Both the position numbers and the translations under genes were made by a program. Below the pieces are notes generated by a model. The model was not told the DNA's origin, did no database searches, and worked only from the letters and a program-made list of their open reading frames with translations. DNA of 64,000 nt from contig OZ253462.1 in the NCBI GenBank assembly GCA_965261395.1, positions 3,360,001 to 3,424,000 on the forward strand, in the 5' to 3' direction. Source of the DNA: Candidatus Latescibacterota bacterium. GTDB lineage: Bacteria; Latescibacterota; UBA2968; UBA8231. How positions within the stretch are numbered: position 1 is the first letter of the stretch; the number at the start of each line of letters is the position of its first letter. Below are positions 38,171 through 47,381 of the stretch, in pieces.

Positions 38171-39669
38171 GCCAACTCCCTTTCAAACTAGCAGTTGAAG
38201 ACCTAGGCAAGGACTACCCGGGGACCGTGGCGCTCGACGGGGTTTCGGTGGGGTTTGCCCCCGGCGAGGTCCACGCGCTGATCGGCAAAAACGGCGCTGG
38301 CAAAAGCACGCTGGTCAAGATCCTAGCCGGATCGGTCGCCCCGAGCAGGGGGCGCATCCTCTGCGATGGGGCACCGGTTGCGCTGCGCTCGCCGCAGGAC
38401 GCCTTTGACTGCGGCATCGCCATGGTCTATCAGGAGCTGAGCTTGGTGCCAGGGCTGACGGTGGCCGAGAATATCCTGCTCGGACGGGCACCGAAACGGC
38501 GTGGACTCATCGACTGGGCGGCAACCTACACACGGGCCGAGGATGTGCTCGCGAGGCTGGGAGTCGCCATCGATGTCCAGACGCGCACCGGCGATTTAGG
38601 GGTAGCGCAACAGCAGATCGTCGAGATCGCCAAGGCCATGTCCTTTGACCCGGCCGTGCTCATCCTCGACGAGCCGACCTCGGCACTGGCGACGCACGAG
38701 ACCGAGCAACTCTTCCGCGTGGTCAAAGGGCTGGCGGCAGCGGGCGTGGCCATCATCTACATCTCTCACCGCTTACAGGAATTGCGCTCTATCGCCGACC
38801 GGGTCACGGTCTTGCGCGACGGGCATCACATCGGCACGGTGGCGATGCAGGAGACGAGCGTCGCGGAGATCGTGCAAATGATGTTTGGCGAGATCGCGCA
38901 ACAGGAGCGGCCGGATGATTTGCGGCCGGGTGCAACTCCGGTGCTGGAGGTGCAGGGCTTGTCGCGCGGGGACGCCTTTGCCGATGTGAGCTTCGCGCTT
39001 TACGAGGGCGAAATCCTCGGCATTGCCGGGATGCTGGGCGCGGGGCGCACCGAACTGCTGCGCGCCCTCTTCGGCGCAGACGCCTGCGACCGCGGACAAA
39101 TCGCGGTCCAAGGCCAGCGCGTAGAAGCGCCGACCCCCCCGAAAATGAAGGCGCATGGCTTGGCCTTTACCCCTGAAAACCGCAAGGAAGAGGCTCTGAT
39201 CCAAGCGCATAGCATCCGCGCCAATATGTGTTTGGCGAGCATGGGCCGGATCGCCCACCGGGGATATATCACCCGCGTGGGGGAGCAGGCCGTGGTGGAT
39301 AGGCTAGTGACCCAACTCGAAATCAAGGTCGCCGACACCGAAGCTCCGGTCTCGGCGCTGAGCGGCGGGAATCAGCAAAAGGTGGTGTTGGGCAATTGGC
39401 TGGGCAATCGCCCCCGGGTCATGCTCTTTGACGAGCCGACGCGCGGTGTGGATGTGCAGGCCAAGCAACAGATTTTCGAGGCGATGTGGGATTTGAGCCG
39501 CCAAGGCATTGCTTCGCTTTTTGTATCGACCGAGTTAGAAGAACTGGTCGAAGTCTGCCACCGGATCTTAATCATGCGCGAGGGACGAATTGAAGGCCAA
39601 GTGCGGCCCGGAGAAATCAGTGCCGACGAGTTGGCGCTGCGCTGCATGGGGGCGGGCCGCAATGCGTGA
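38167..39669 (+). CDS. Sugar ABC transporter ATP-binding protein (RbsA-like)
   Basis: GKNGAGKST, DEPTSAL, YISHRL, LSGGNQQKV, DEPTRGVD. Confidence 0.95.
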   Translation: MSQLPFKLAVEDLGKDYPGTVALDGVSVGFAPGEVHALIGKNGAGKSTLVKILAGSVAPSRGRILCDGAPVALRSPQDAFDCGIAMVYQELSLVPGLTVAENILLGRAPKRRGLIDWAATYTRAEDVLARLGVAIDVQTRTGDLGVAQQQIVEIAKAMSFDPAVLILDEPTSALATHETEQLFRVVKGLAAAGVAIIYISHRLQELRSIADRVTVLRDGHHIGTVAMQETSVAEIVQMMFGEIAQQERPDDLRPGATPVLEVQGLSRGDAFADVSFALYEGEILGIAGMLGAGRTELLRALFGADACDRGQIAVQGQRVEAPTPPKMKAHGLAFTPENRKEEALIQAHSIRANMCLASMGRIAHRGYITRVGEQAVVDRLVTQLEIKVADTEAPVSALSGGNQQKVVLGNWLGNRPRVMLFDEPTRGVDVQAKQQIFEAMWDLSRQGIASLFVSTELEELVEVCHRILIMREGRIEGQVRPGEISADELALRCMGAGRNA

Positions 39670-40615
39670 ACGGCTTTTGGCGTGGGTGAAGCGCTCGATT
39701 ATGGAGATCATTCTCTTCGTCCTCTGCGCGATTTTGGCGTTTGAGGCCGAAGGGTTTTTCTCGGTGGACAACTTGCTCAACGTGTTGCGCAACGTATCCA
39801 TGCAGGGCATTATCGCCTTTGGCATGACGATGGTCATCATCTCCGGGGAGATCGACCTGAGCGTGGGGTCGGCGGTGGCTTTTGCCGGCTGCCTGACCGC
39901 CTATGTGACGCAGCATTTGGCCGGGGCTGGGCTAGCGGTGGAATTGGCGGTGCCCGCAGCCATGCTGGCGGCCTTGCTAGTCGGCTTGAGCGTCGGTGCC
40001 CTGAGCGGGTTTATCCGCGTGCGCTTTGGGGTGCCGACTTTTATCATCACCCTGGCGTGGATGACGGTCTTGACCGGATCGGCGCAACTCATCACCGGGG
40101 GATTTCCGCTGACGCCATTTCCCGAGTGGTACAATTTTCTGGGCGGCGGTTATCTCCTCGGAGTGCCCTTTCCGGCGCTGGTTTTCGCGCTGGTCTTTTT
40201 GACGACGCATTTCCTGATGGGCTACACCACGTTGGGGCGCTCGATCTACGCAGTGGGCGGCAATGCCGAGGCCGCGCGGCTCAGCGGCATTGAGGTCGGC
40301 AAAATCAAGATCGCCGTCATGGCAATTGTCGCCTTCTTAGCGGCGCTGGCCGGCATCATGCAGTCGGCCGAGATCATGTCCGGTGCAGCGACGACGGCGA
40401 GGGGATGGGAGTTGGATGTGATCGCCGCAGTCATCATCGGCGGCACCAGCTTGATGGGTGGCGAGGGACAGATACGCGGCACCCTGATCGGCGTGGTGTT
40501 CTTGGGCATCTTGGTCAACGGCATGACGCTGATGAACATTAGCGAATACTGGCAGCTCGTGGTGCGGGGGGTGTTGATCCTGAGTGCGGTGCTGATTAAC
40601 CGGGCGCATCAATAG
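39662..40615 (+). CDS. Sugar ABC transporter permease (RbsC-like)
   Basis: GEIDLSVGS, GR.IYAVGGN.EAARLSG, ELDVIAAVIIGGTSL.GG. Confidence 0.95.
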   Translation: MRERLLAWVKRSIMEIILFVLCAILAFEAEGFFSVDNLLNVLRNVSMQGIIAFGMTMVIISGEIDLSVGSAVAFAGCLTAYVTQHLAGAGLAVELAVPAAMLAALLVGLSVGALSGFIRVRFGVPTFIITLAWMTVLTGSAQLITGGFPLTPFPEWYNFLGGGYLLGVPFPALVFALVFLTTHFLMGYTTLGRSIYAVGGNAEAARLSGIEVGKIKIAVMAIVAFLAALAGIMQSAEIMSGAATTARGWELDVIAAVIIGGTSLMGGEGQIRGTLIGVVFLGILVNGMTLMNISEYWQLVVRGVLILSAVLINRAHQ

Positions 40616-40692
40616 TAGGCGAGAGCGGCTCCGGATAGAATTGAGCGCAACAGATTTCATCAACAAATTTTCACAAACACAAGGAGCGTACG

Positions 40693-41268
40693 ATGGTTAA
40701 TAGTATAGCTATTGAGGTGAATCAGAAAGATATATTTCGCGCCCGTACGGGCCGCGGGCCATCCCCGGATGGGATAAACGATAATGGTACGACTGACCTC
40801 CACTTTGCAGCGGAGCTAAACCTAGACGTACTGATTAAATCCCTGCTGAATCGGGGGGCTATGGTCAACGCGAAGAACAACCAAGGCTCGACGCCGCTAC
40901 ACTTTGCGGCGTCGTATGATGCCTCTAAGGCGGCAGAGCTATTGCTGAACCGGGGGGCTACGGTCAACGCAAAGAGCAATGAAGACTCCACGCCGCTGCA
41001 CTTTGCAGCGATGAGAAAAGCTGCTGAGGCAGCCGCGCTGTTGCTGAAACAGAAGGGCATCCAGGTCAATGAGAAGGACAACGAAGGCCGGACGCCGTTG
41101 CACTTTGCGGCGGTGAATAATGCTGCTGAGATAGCCGAGTTATTGCTGAATCGGGGGGCTACGGTCAACGAGAAGGACAACGAAGGCCGGACGCCGTTGC
41201 ACTTTGCGGAACAGTACAATGCTCATGAGACGGCAGAGTTATTGCGCCGTTACGATGGTCGAAACTGA
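40693..41268 (+). CDS. Ankyrin-repeat protein (about 5 repeats)
   Basis: Repeated G.TPLHFAA.....AELLL.RGA.VN.KD units; 99-bp DNA period. Confidence 0.95.
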   Translation: MVNSIAIEVNQKDIFRARTGRGPSPDGINDNGTTDLHFAAELNLDVLIKSLLNRGAMVNAKNNQGSTPLHFAASYDASKAAELLLNRGATVNAKSNEDSTPLHFAAMRKAAEAAALLLKQKGIQVNEKDNEGRTPLHFAAVNNAAEIAELLLNRGATVNEKDNEGRTPLHFAEQYNAHETAELLRRYDGRN

Positions 41269-41301
41269 AATAAGCTGATTTTTGAAACAATTGGAGATGC
41301 T

Positions 41302-41589
41302 ATGAGCGAAGAGCAATACCCTCTCAACGCCTTGCCCCAAGGACATCGGCTCCAAGAATACGAACTGGTCCGTGTGTTAGGCTTTGGCGGCTTCGGCATG
41401 ACGTATCAGGGCTTTGACCACAATTTGGACAAAGCCGTCGCCATCAAGGAATATCTGCCGTCCGACATCGCCACTCGTACAGGCGAGCACAGCGTTGCCC
41501 CGCAAGCCAGCGACTTTCGTGATGATTTTCAGTGGGGACTGGCTCGTTTCTTAGAGGAAGCACGCTTCGACTATCACTACCTACTTTAG
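41302..41589 (+). pseudogene. Ser/Thr protein kinase, N-lobe only (truncated)
   Basis: LGFGGFGMTY, VAIKEY, FLEEAR then abrupt stop. Confidence 0.85.
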
Positions 41590-41603
41590 AAGGATAAATT
41601 TTA

Positions 41604-42759
41604 ATGAGTAAGAGTTCCTAACAAAACTCTTTGAGGTGGTTCCAACAGATGAGTATACATCCGATGTCGAGGAAGGCCTCATGGATTTCGGCTCGCCGCT
41701 CCCAGCGCACTCGTAACCGCCGAAACTGATGCAACCACGCCAACGTCCGTTCCACCACCCACCGATAGACGCCCAAGCCGCTGCCGTGGGCTTGTCCCCG
41801 CCGCGCCAACACCGCGCCGATGCCCCGCTTTTGCAAGGCGCGCCGATGCGCTTGCGAATCATAGGCCCGGTCGCCTTGCACCTGATCGGGGCGACGACGC
41901 GGTCGGCCGACTCGACCGGCCACCGCAGGGATGCGATCCACCAACGGCAACAACTGCGTCACATCATGCCGATGCGCCCCCGTCACGCTGGCGGCCAACG
42001 GGACCCCCTGTGCATCGGTGATTACATGATGTTTGCTGCCCGGTTTGCCCCGATCGGTCGGATTGGGACCGGGGTGCGCCCCCCCCCAACCGCCCGCACC
42101 GAGGCACTATCGATCACCGCCCGAGACCCGTCGATCCGGTCGGCCGCCCGTAGTTGGTTCAACAGAATATGGTGGACGCGCTTCCAGACCCCGGCTTGCT
42201 GCCAAGCCCGCCGCCGACGCCAGCAGGTCATCCCCGAGCCGCACCCCAACTCTTGCGGCAAATACTCCCAAGGGATGCCCGTCTTGAGCACAAAGACCAG
42301 GCCGGTCAGCACCCGACGATTATCCAGCGGGGGCCGACCGCCTTTGGGCTTGGCTACATCGGGGGGTAAAACCGGTTCAATGAGTTCCCATAACGCATCG
42401 TCGAGTACGGGCTGGGCCATGAACAAACCTCCATACCAAGGGAGTAGCATCAATACCGAACAAATGAATATAGATCAGCCTAAACGACATAAAAAGGGTT
42501 TGTTAGAGACTCTAAGTATTACATCATCTCCTACGACATGGCCGAGGGAGGCAATTACGACGCCCTCTACGATGCCATTGAGGGCTATGGCAATTGTGCT
42601 CACGTCACTGAGTCGACATGGATAGTGAAGACCGAGTGGAGTGCAGGAGAGATAGTTGCTGACTTGGATAAATACCTACCTGAAGGAAGTCGTCTTTTTG
42701 TTGCAGAGGCCGGCGACGACGCAGACGGGCGAAACTTATTAATCAACCCTTGTTTTTAG
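41604..42759 (+). pseudogene. Small Cas2/VapD-like ferredoxin-fold protein interrupted by IS5
   Basis: Removing IS restores 83-aa MSKYYIISYDMAEGGNYDALYDAIEGYGNCAHVTESTWIV...LFV. Confidence 0.65.
41612..42512 (-). mobile_element. IS5-family element with two-ORF (-1 frameshift) transposase
   Basis: IRs gagttcctaacaaa / tttgttagagactc; TSD TAA; orfA 42420..42022 (LWELIEPVLP, KTGIPWEYLP), orfB to 41618 (GDRAYDS, RWVVERT); G9 run at 42079-42087. Confidence 0.9.
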
Positions 42760-42771
42760 ACACTGCATAGT

Positions 42772-42945
42772 TTCTCCCAAGCCGTGCGGGGGCACCCCTG
42801 TATTCGGGTATGCGGATTCACATCACTGATATGCTGGATTTGCTCGTCGACGACTTGTTATTGAATAGATTTTGGCCGAGCATCCTGACCTCGAAACTGA
42901 GGATATTCGCGTTTGTCTGCGCTTTGCTAGTTCGGATGCGGCGAC
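42772..42945 (+). pseudogene. Degenerate DUF433 gene
   Basis: Frameshifted CGGHPCIR-MRIHITDMLDLL...ILAEHPDLETEDIRVCLRFA; boundaries approximate. Confidence 0.6.
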
Positions 42946-42994
42946 GGAGAGTAATGGATAGGAGTCATACATTGAAAGACCTTGACCGCATTTC

Positions 42995-44170
42995 GGCTTT
43001 GGTGCATGAAAACTGTCGGGGCCGTGTTGCCCCTTGTCTGGTGTGTTTTAGACTTCCTTGGTTATCGGATAGGACTCGGGCTTAGCCAAATGCAATAGCC
43101 GGTTGAGTATGGCACATCCCACTCGTGTTTCGGTTTGTTGGTGGGATAGGGTTCGGGCGTGCAAGGTGTCGCCGAGGCTCTGTTTGTAGCGGCCGATCTG
43201 GGTTTCGACGAGGGATCGGCGATGATAGCCACTGGTTTTTTTCCAGGTTCGACGGCCCCGGCTACGGATGGTTCGGATCGTCTCATCGCGGGGCAACGGC
43301 TCCGCGTTGCAGTTGCCATGTTGCTGGATTTTGGCGTCTTTGCGCGGCGGAATGATCGGCCGGATCGGCGGCCCTCGGTCCGGCGCAGCCAACGCCTCAA
43401 ACACCTTGCGTTTATCATAGGCTCCATCCCCGCCCACCGCCGCGATGGGGGCCGCGACTTGCTCCAGCAACGGCTCGACCTGCCCGGCATCATCTGGGCG
43501 ATTGGCCGTCAACGTCTGGGCGACGATCTCGCCGGTGGCTTCGTCGACCCCAAGGTGCAATTTGCGCCAGGTGCGCCGCTTGCCCCAGCCGTGCTGACGC
43601 ACCTTCCACTCGCCTTCGCCATACCCCTTCAACCCCGTCGAATCAACGACCCAATGCCGGGGTTGATCCGTGGGCTGGGTAGGCAACGCTACTGTCAAGT
43701 CAGCCTGACGCCGCGAGAGGGTCGTATGATCCGGCACCCGTATAGCCAAGCCCATCAAGGCTACAATGGAAGCGACAAACCCCTCGGTTTGGCGTAGCGG
43801 CAAGTGATACATAAGCCGCAACGTCAACGCCGTGTGGATGGCTACGTCCGAAAAGGTATATTGCGCCCCCCGTTGGCGCGGCCCTTGATAATACCACGCT
43901 TCGACCGCTTGGGGGGAAAACCACACCGTCAGGCTACCGCGCTGGGTAAGCCCCGCATCATAATCAGGCCAATTACGCACCCGATACACAACCTTCGAGC
44001 GACGGCAACGGGGCTTGACCGAAGACGGAGCAGACGATACGTTGGACATGACAGGTTCCTTGGAAGAGAAGGCATAGAGTCTTTTCGCAAAAAAGTCATG
44101 CCCAATCTACTGAGGAGCCTGTCTTTATTCAACCGAGAAACCCAAAAATACCGATCCATGCACCAAAGCC
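42995..44170 (-). mobile_element. IS903-group element B, copy 2 (1176 bp)
   Basis: Same IRs; two differences noticed vs copy 1; no TSD. Confidence 0.92.
43048..44049 (-). CDS. IS903-group transposase
   Basis: Intact 333-aa ORF with VDSTG, GDGAYD, HRRSLVET. Confidence 0.93.
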   Translation of the reverse strand: MSNVSSAPSSVKPRCRRSKVVYRVRNWPDYDAGLTQRGSLTVWFSPQAVEAWYYQGPRQRGAQYTFSDVAIHTALTLRLMYHLPLRQTEGFVASIVALMGLAIRVPDHTTLSRRQADLTVALPTQPTDQPRHWVVDSTGLKGYGEGEWKVRQHGWGKRRTWRKLHLGVDEATGEIVAQTLTANRPDDAGQVEPLLEQVAAPIAAVGGDGAYDKRKVFEALAAPDRGPPIRPIIPPRKDAKIQQHGNCNAEPLPRDETIRTIRSRGRRTWKKTSGYHRRSLVETQIGRYKQSLGDTLHARTLSHQQTETRVGCAILNRLLHLAKPESYPITKEV

Positions 44171-44836
44171 TTTGAGCGGTGTAAATCCAGTCCCTTGTTT
44201 GGCGACGACTTCCAAGTCGATCTTATGCGTCTTTTTTAAGTCCGCTACCCAAGCTTTGAGGTCGGCCCCCGAATAGCCGCCATCAACCCACAGCTTGTGC
44301 AGCCTAGGCACACCGGGAGCCGCGTAGCGTGTCAACACGCGCTTCAGGCCGTCCCGATCGCCCACCTCGGCGGCGGTGACTTCCACCTGTCGGATCAACC
44401 CCAAGGTATCCACCAACCGATGACGCTTGCGTCCTTTGATCTTTTTGCCCGCGTCATAACCGATTGTTTCCCCTTGGGTTGCCGTCTTAATGGTCTGGCT
44501 ATCGACGCAGCCGGCCGACGGGGTGGGTTGGCGGCCTTGCCGGCGGCGTTCCCGCTGGGTGAGTCAATCCAATATCGGCGGCCAGACCCCGTTTAGGCTC
44601 CAGCGACGAAAGTAGTCATACACGGTTTTCCACGGCCCAAAACTCGGCGGCAACAAAGCCCAGGGACCGCCGGTTTTGGTCCGATACAAAAGGCCATTGA
44701 TGATCTGGCGTGGATCCCGCCGTGGGCGGCCCGGCCCGCCGGGATGCCAGATGGGGGCGGGCAGTAATGGCTCGATCAGACGCCATTGCGCATCGGTTAT
44801 ATCGGTGGCATATTCGTCCGTCGGCGTACTCATCAT
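44171..44836 (-). pseudogene. IS5-family (IS1031-like) transposase with in-frame TGA (44564) and 3' truncation by element B
   Basis: YATDITDAQW, WKTVYDYFRRW, then *LTQRE...VDSQTIK...GYDAGKKIKGRKRH.LVDTLG, WVDGGY. Confidence 0.85.
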
Positions 44837-44940
44837 AGGGCCTTTCTGTTCAGATTTTGTGGTGAAACCTGAATATGGCCCGATGAGTACGCCGCTTCAA
44901 GCGCTCGATCCAGTATGAGAGTTTTCAGACTGCTGCTTAG

Positions 44941-46385
44941 CGACTTTATCCAAAGAAGAATGGCAGCGACTCGGATTCCTTCGTAGCGTAGATGGTGTCG
45001 AGACACCTACAGCGTCGGAGGAACCCATGAGTCGACTGCCGAAGGATATAATAAGCGTTTTGTCGCACGTTGCCCCTATTTTTTCTGCCCGTGTCTGGCC
45101 GCAAGCGCAGACGTTGTTGATCGGTGCCTTGTTGGCACCGGGCAAACGTACGGTGAGCGCCGTGTTGGAAGTGATGGGGTTGGCGGCGGAGCCCCAGTTT
45201 CAAACCTATCATCGCCTGCTCAATCGCTGTGTCTGGTCTCCGGTCGCCGGTAGTCAGCGTTTATTGGCGTTGTTAGTGGCGACCTTTGCGCCGACCGGCT
45301 GGATTGTCTTGGGCTTGGATGATACTATTGAGCGGCGGCGTGGCGACCACATCCGCGCCAAAGGCATCTATCGAGATCCGGTGCGTTCCAGTCGGCGCCA
45401 TTTTGTTAAAGCCAGTGGCCTACGCTGGCTGTCGTTGATGCTCCTGACGCCGATCGGCTGGGCGGATCGGCTTTGGGCGTTACCCTTTATGAGTGTACTG
45501 TGTCCCTCCCCGCGCTATTATACGCAGCAGGGTCGCCCCGCGGTACCTCTCTTACAGCGCGCCCAAAGTATGCTCCACGTAGTCGCCCGTTGGCTGCCCG
45601 GACGGCGTATGGTCGTGGTGGCCGATAGTAGCTTTGCGGCGCTGGCCTTCCTCGACGCGGTCGCCTCCTATGTTACCGTCGTGACGCGCCTGCGTCTGGA
45701 TGCGGCCCTCTATACCCCGGCCCCGCCTCGGTCGGTTCACCAAGTGGGTCGACCTCGCTGCAAAGGGAGCCGTTTACCTCCCCTCCAACACCATCTAGAC
45801 GACCCGGATACGCCTTGGCAACCGATAACGATCCATCGTTGGTATGGCCGCGGACGGCGCACCGTGGAGGTCTATTCCCAAACTGCCGTCTGGTATCACA
45901 CCGGCTTGCCTGCCGTGCCGATTCGATGGCTCCTCATCCGAGATCCCCACGACACCTTTGCCCCCCAAGCGTTGCTGTCGACCCATCTGAGCCTCTCGCC
46001 CCGGCAGATCCTGACCTTTTTTATGCAGCGCTGGGCGGTCGAAACCACCTTTGAAGAAGCCCGTGCCCATCTCGGTATGGAGACCCAACGCCAGTGGAAT
46101 GATCAAGCGATTGCTCGCACCACCCCGGTCCTCTTAGCCTTGTTTAGTCTCGTCACGTTGATCGCCCATCGCTGGGTCAAAAAACGAGCACAGGGCTGCC
46201 ACGCCACCGCGTGGTATAAAAAAGTAAAACCGACCTTTGCTGATGCGTTGGCTGGGATCCGAAAACAAATTTGGGCGACTTTTTCAACCACCCAACCGCG
46301 AGACGACATGGTAAAAATACCGCGTGCCCTATTTAACCGCTTGATACACACCGTCTGTTACGCTACGTGAATGGATAAAGTCGAG
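44941..46385 (+). mobile_element. IS701-family insertion sequence (second type)
   Basis: IRs cgactttatcca / tggataaagtcg(ag); left end appears clipped; no clear TSD. Confidence 0.8.
45027..46370 (+). CDS. IS701-like DDE transposase
   Basis: GLDDTIERR, YRDPVRSS, VADSSF, RWAVETTFEEARAHLG. Confidence 0.88.
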   Translation: MSRLPKDIISVLSHVAPIFSARVWPQAQTLLIGALLAPGKRTVSAVLEVMGLAAEPQFQTYHRLLNRCVWSPVAGSQRLLALLVATFAPTGWIVLGLDDTIERRRGDHIRAKGIYRDPVRSSRRHFVKASGLRWLSLMLLTPIGWADRLWALPFMSVLCPSPRYYTQQGRPAVPLLQRAQSMLHVVARWLPGRRMVVVADSSFAALAFLDAVASYVTVVTRLRLDAALYTPAPPRSVHQVGRPRCKGSRLPPLQHHLDDPDTPWQPITIHRWYGRGRRTVEVYSQTAVWYHTGLPAVPIRWLLIRDPHDTFAPQALLSTHLSLSPRQILTFFMQRWAVETTFEEARAHLGMETQRQWNDQAIARTTPVLLALFSLVTLIAHRWVKKRAQGCHATAWYKKVKPTFADALAGIRKQIWATFSTTQPRDDMVKIPRALFNRLIHTVCYAT

Positions 46386-46454
46386 CTAACGTTTTGGTTG
46401 CAAAAATCCCGATCACCACCACTTTGGTCCATGACGCGCCTGTGCATCCTGCGA

Positions 46455-47318
46455 TCAGGTCGGCGGCTGGTCTTCGATGCCGTCGAGGATGATGTCTAGT
46501 TGGTCCGCGGGCGCGTAGTACGCGCCGGGTGCGCTATTAGGGCCGATATCGCCCATCAGGCGTCGCTGACGCGGCGTCATGCGCGCTAGCACTTCGGGCG
46601 GTGCCTTCTCGTAGTCCCACGGCCGCGACCATAGCTGCCCGTAGCGAAAGGTAACGCTGCGCCGGACGCCCTCGCCCTCGTTCGGGGCCACGCCGTGCCA
46701 CAGGCCGTAGGTGAAGATGACGGCATCACCGGCCTCGGCGACTAGCTGGACGCCGCCCTCTGGCCATGCTCCCTTGGCGAAACCCTTCTCGGGAAAGTCC
46801 CGGCGATGGCTGCCGGGCACGAAGCAGAAGTTGGCCCGGTTATCTGCGGGGATGTCGGTCAGGAAATACTGGATCTTAAAGTTGAGCGGGCGGCTGTCCG
46901 GCTCGACGCGGAACTCGCGCAAGGAGGCACCCCCGTCTGTGTGCCAGTCGAAGGGCATGTCTTCACTGGGATAGCGGACGTAGATCACCGTGCCCATAAT
47001 CTGGAGATAGGGGCCCATCAGGTCGACGATGACGCCGAAGGTGTTAGGATGATCGATCAGCGAATCGAAATCCGGTGACCGCTCGACCGTCTGGATGATG
47101 TTGAAGGCGTCCTGATCGCGGGCCTCGGGGTGGGTCTCGCGGTATTTGGCGACCACCTCGTCGGTCGCGGATAGATAGTCTGCGACTTGGTCGCGAGTGA
47201 GGGCACCCTTGAGATGGATATAGCCCTTTTCCACCCAGTTGCGTCTTATGTCGTCGGTGAGGCGTCGCACGGTAGTCTCGGTTTGTTTAGGAGTGAGTAA
47301 AGTGCTCAAAGCAATCAC
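46455..47318 (-). CDS. PhyH-family dioxygenase
   Basis: WHTDG, KIQYFLTD, VPGSH, AGDAVIF...LWHGV.PN; start uncertain. Confidence 0.9.
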   Translation of the reverse strand: MIALSTLLTPKQTETTVRRLTDDIRRNWVEKGYIHLKGALTRDQVADYLSATDEVVAKYRETHPEARDQDAFNIIQTVERSPDFDSLIDHPNTFGVIVDLMGPYLQIMGTVIYVRYPSEDMPFDWHTDGGASLREFRVEPDSRPLNFKIQYFLTDIPADNRANFCFVPGSHRRDFPEKGFAKGAWPEGGVQLVAEAGDAVIFTYGLWHGVAPNEGEGVRRSVTFRYGQLWSRPWDYEKAPPEVLARMTPRQRRLMGDIGPNSAPGAYYAPADQLDIILDGIEDQPPT

Positions 47319-47381
47319 GGTAGCCGGCGGGTGTCAACGTACACTGATCCAAATACCAGCCCCGCAAAAGGATGACTCAGT

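Noticed and set aside
44564-44566. In-frame TGA as selenocysteine or alternative genetic code
   Set aside because: TGA terminates many bona fide genes here; this transposase is also truncated, so a nonsense mutation is simpler
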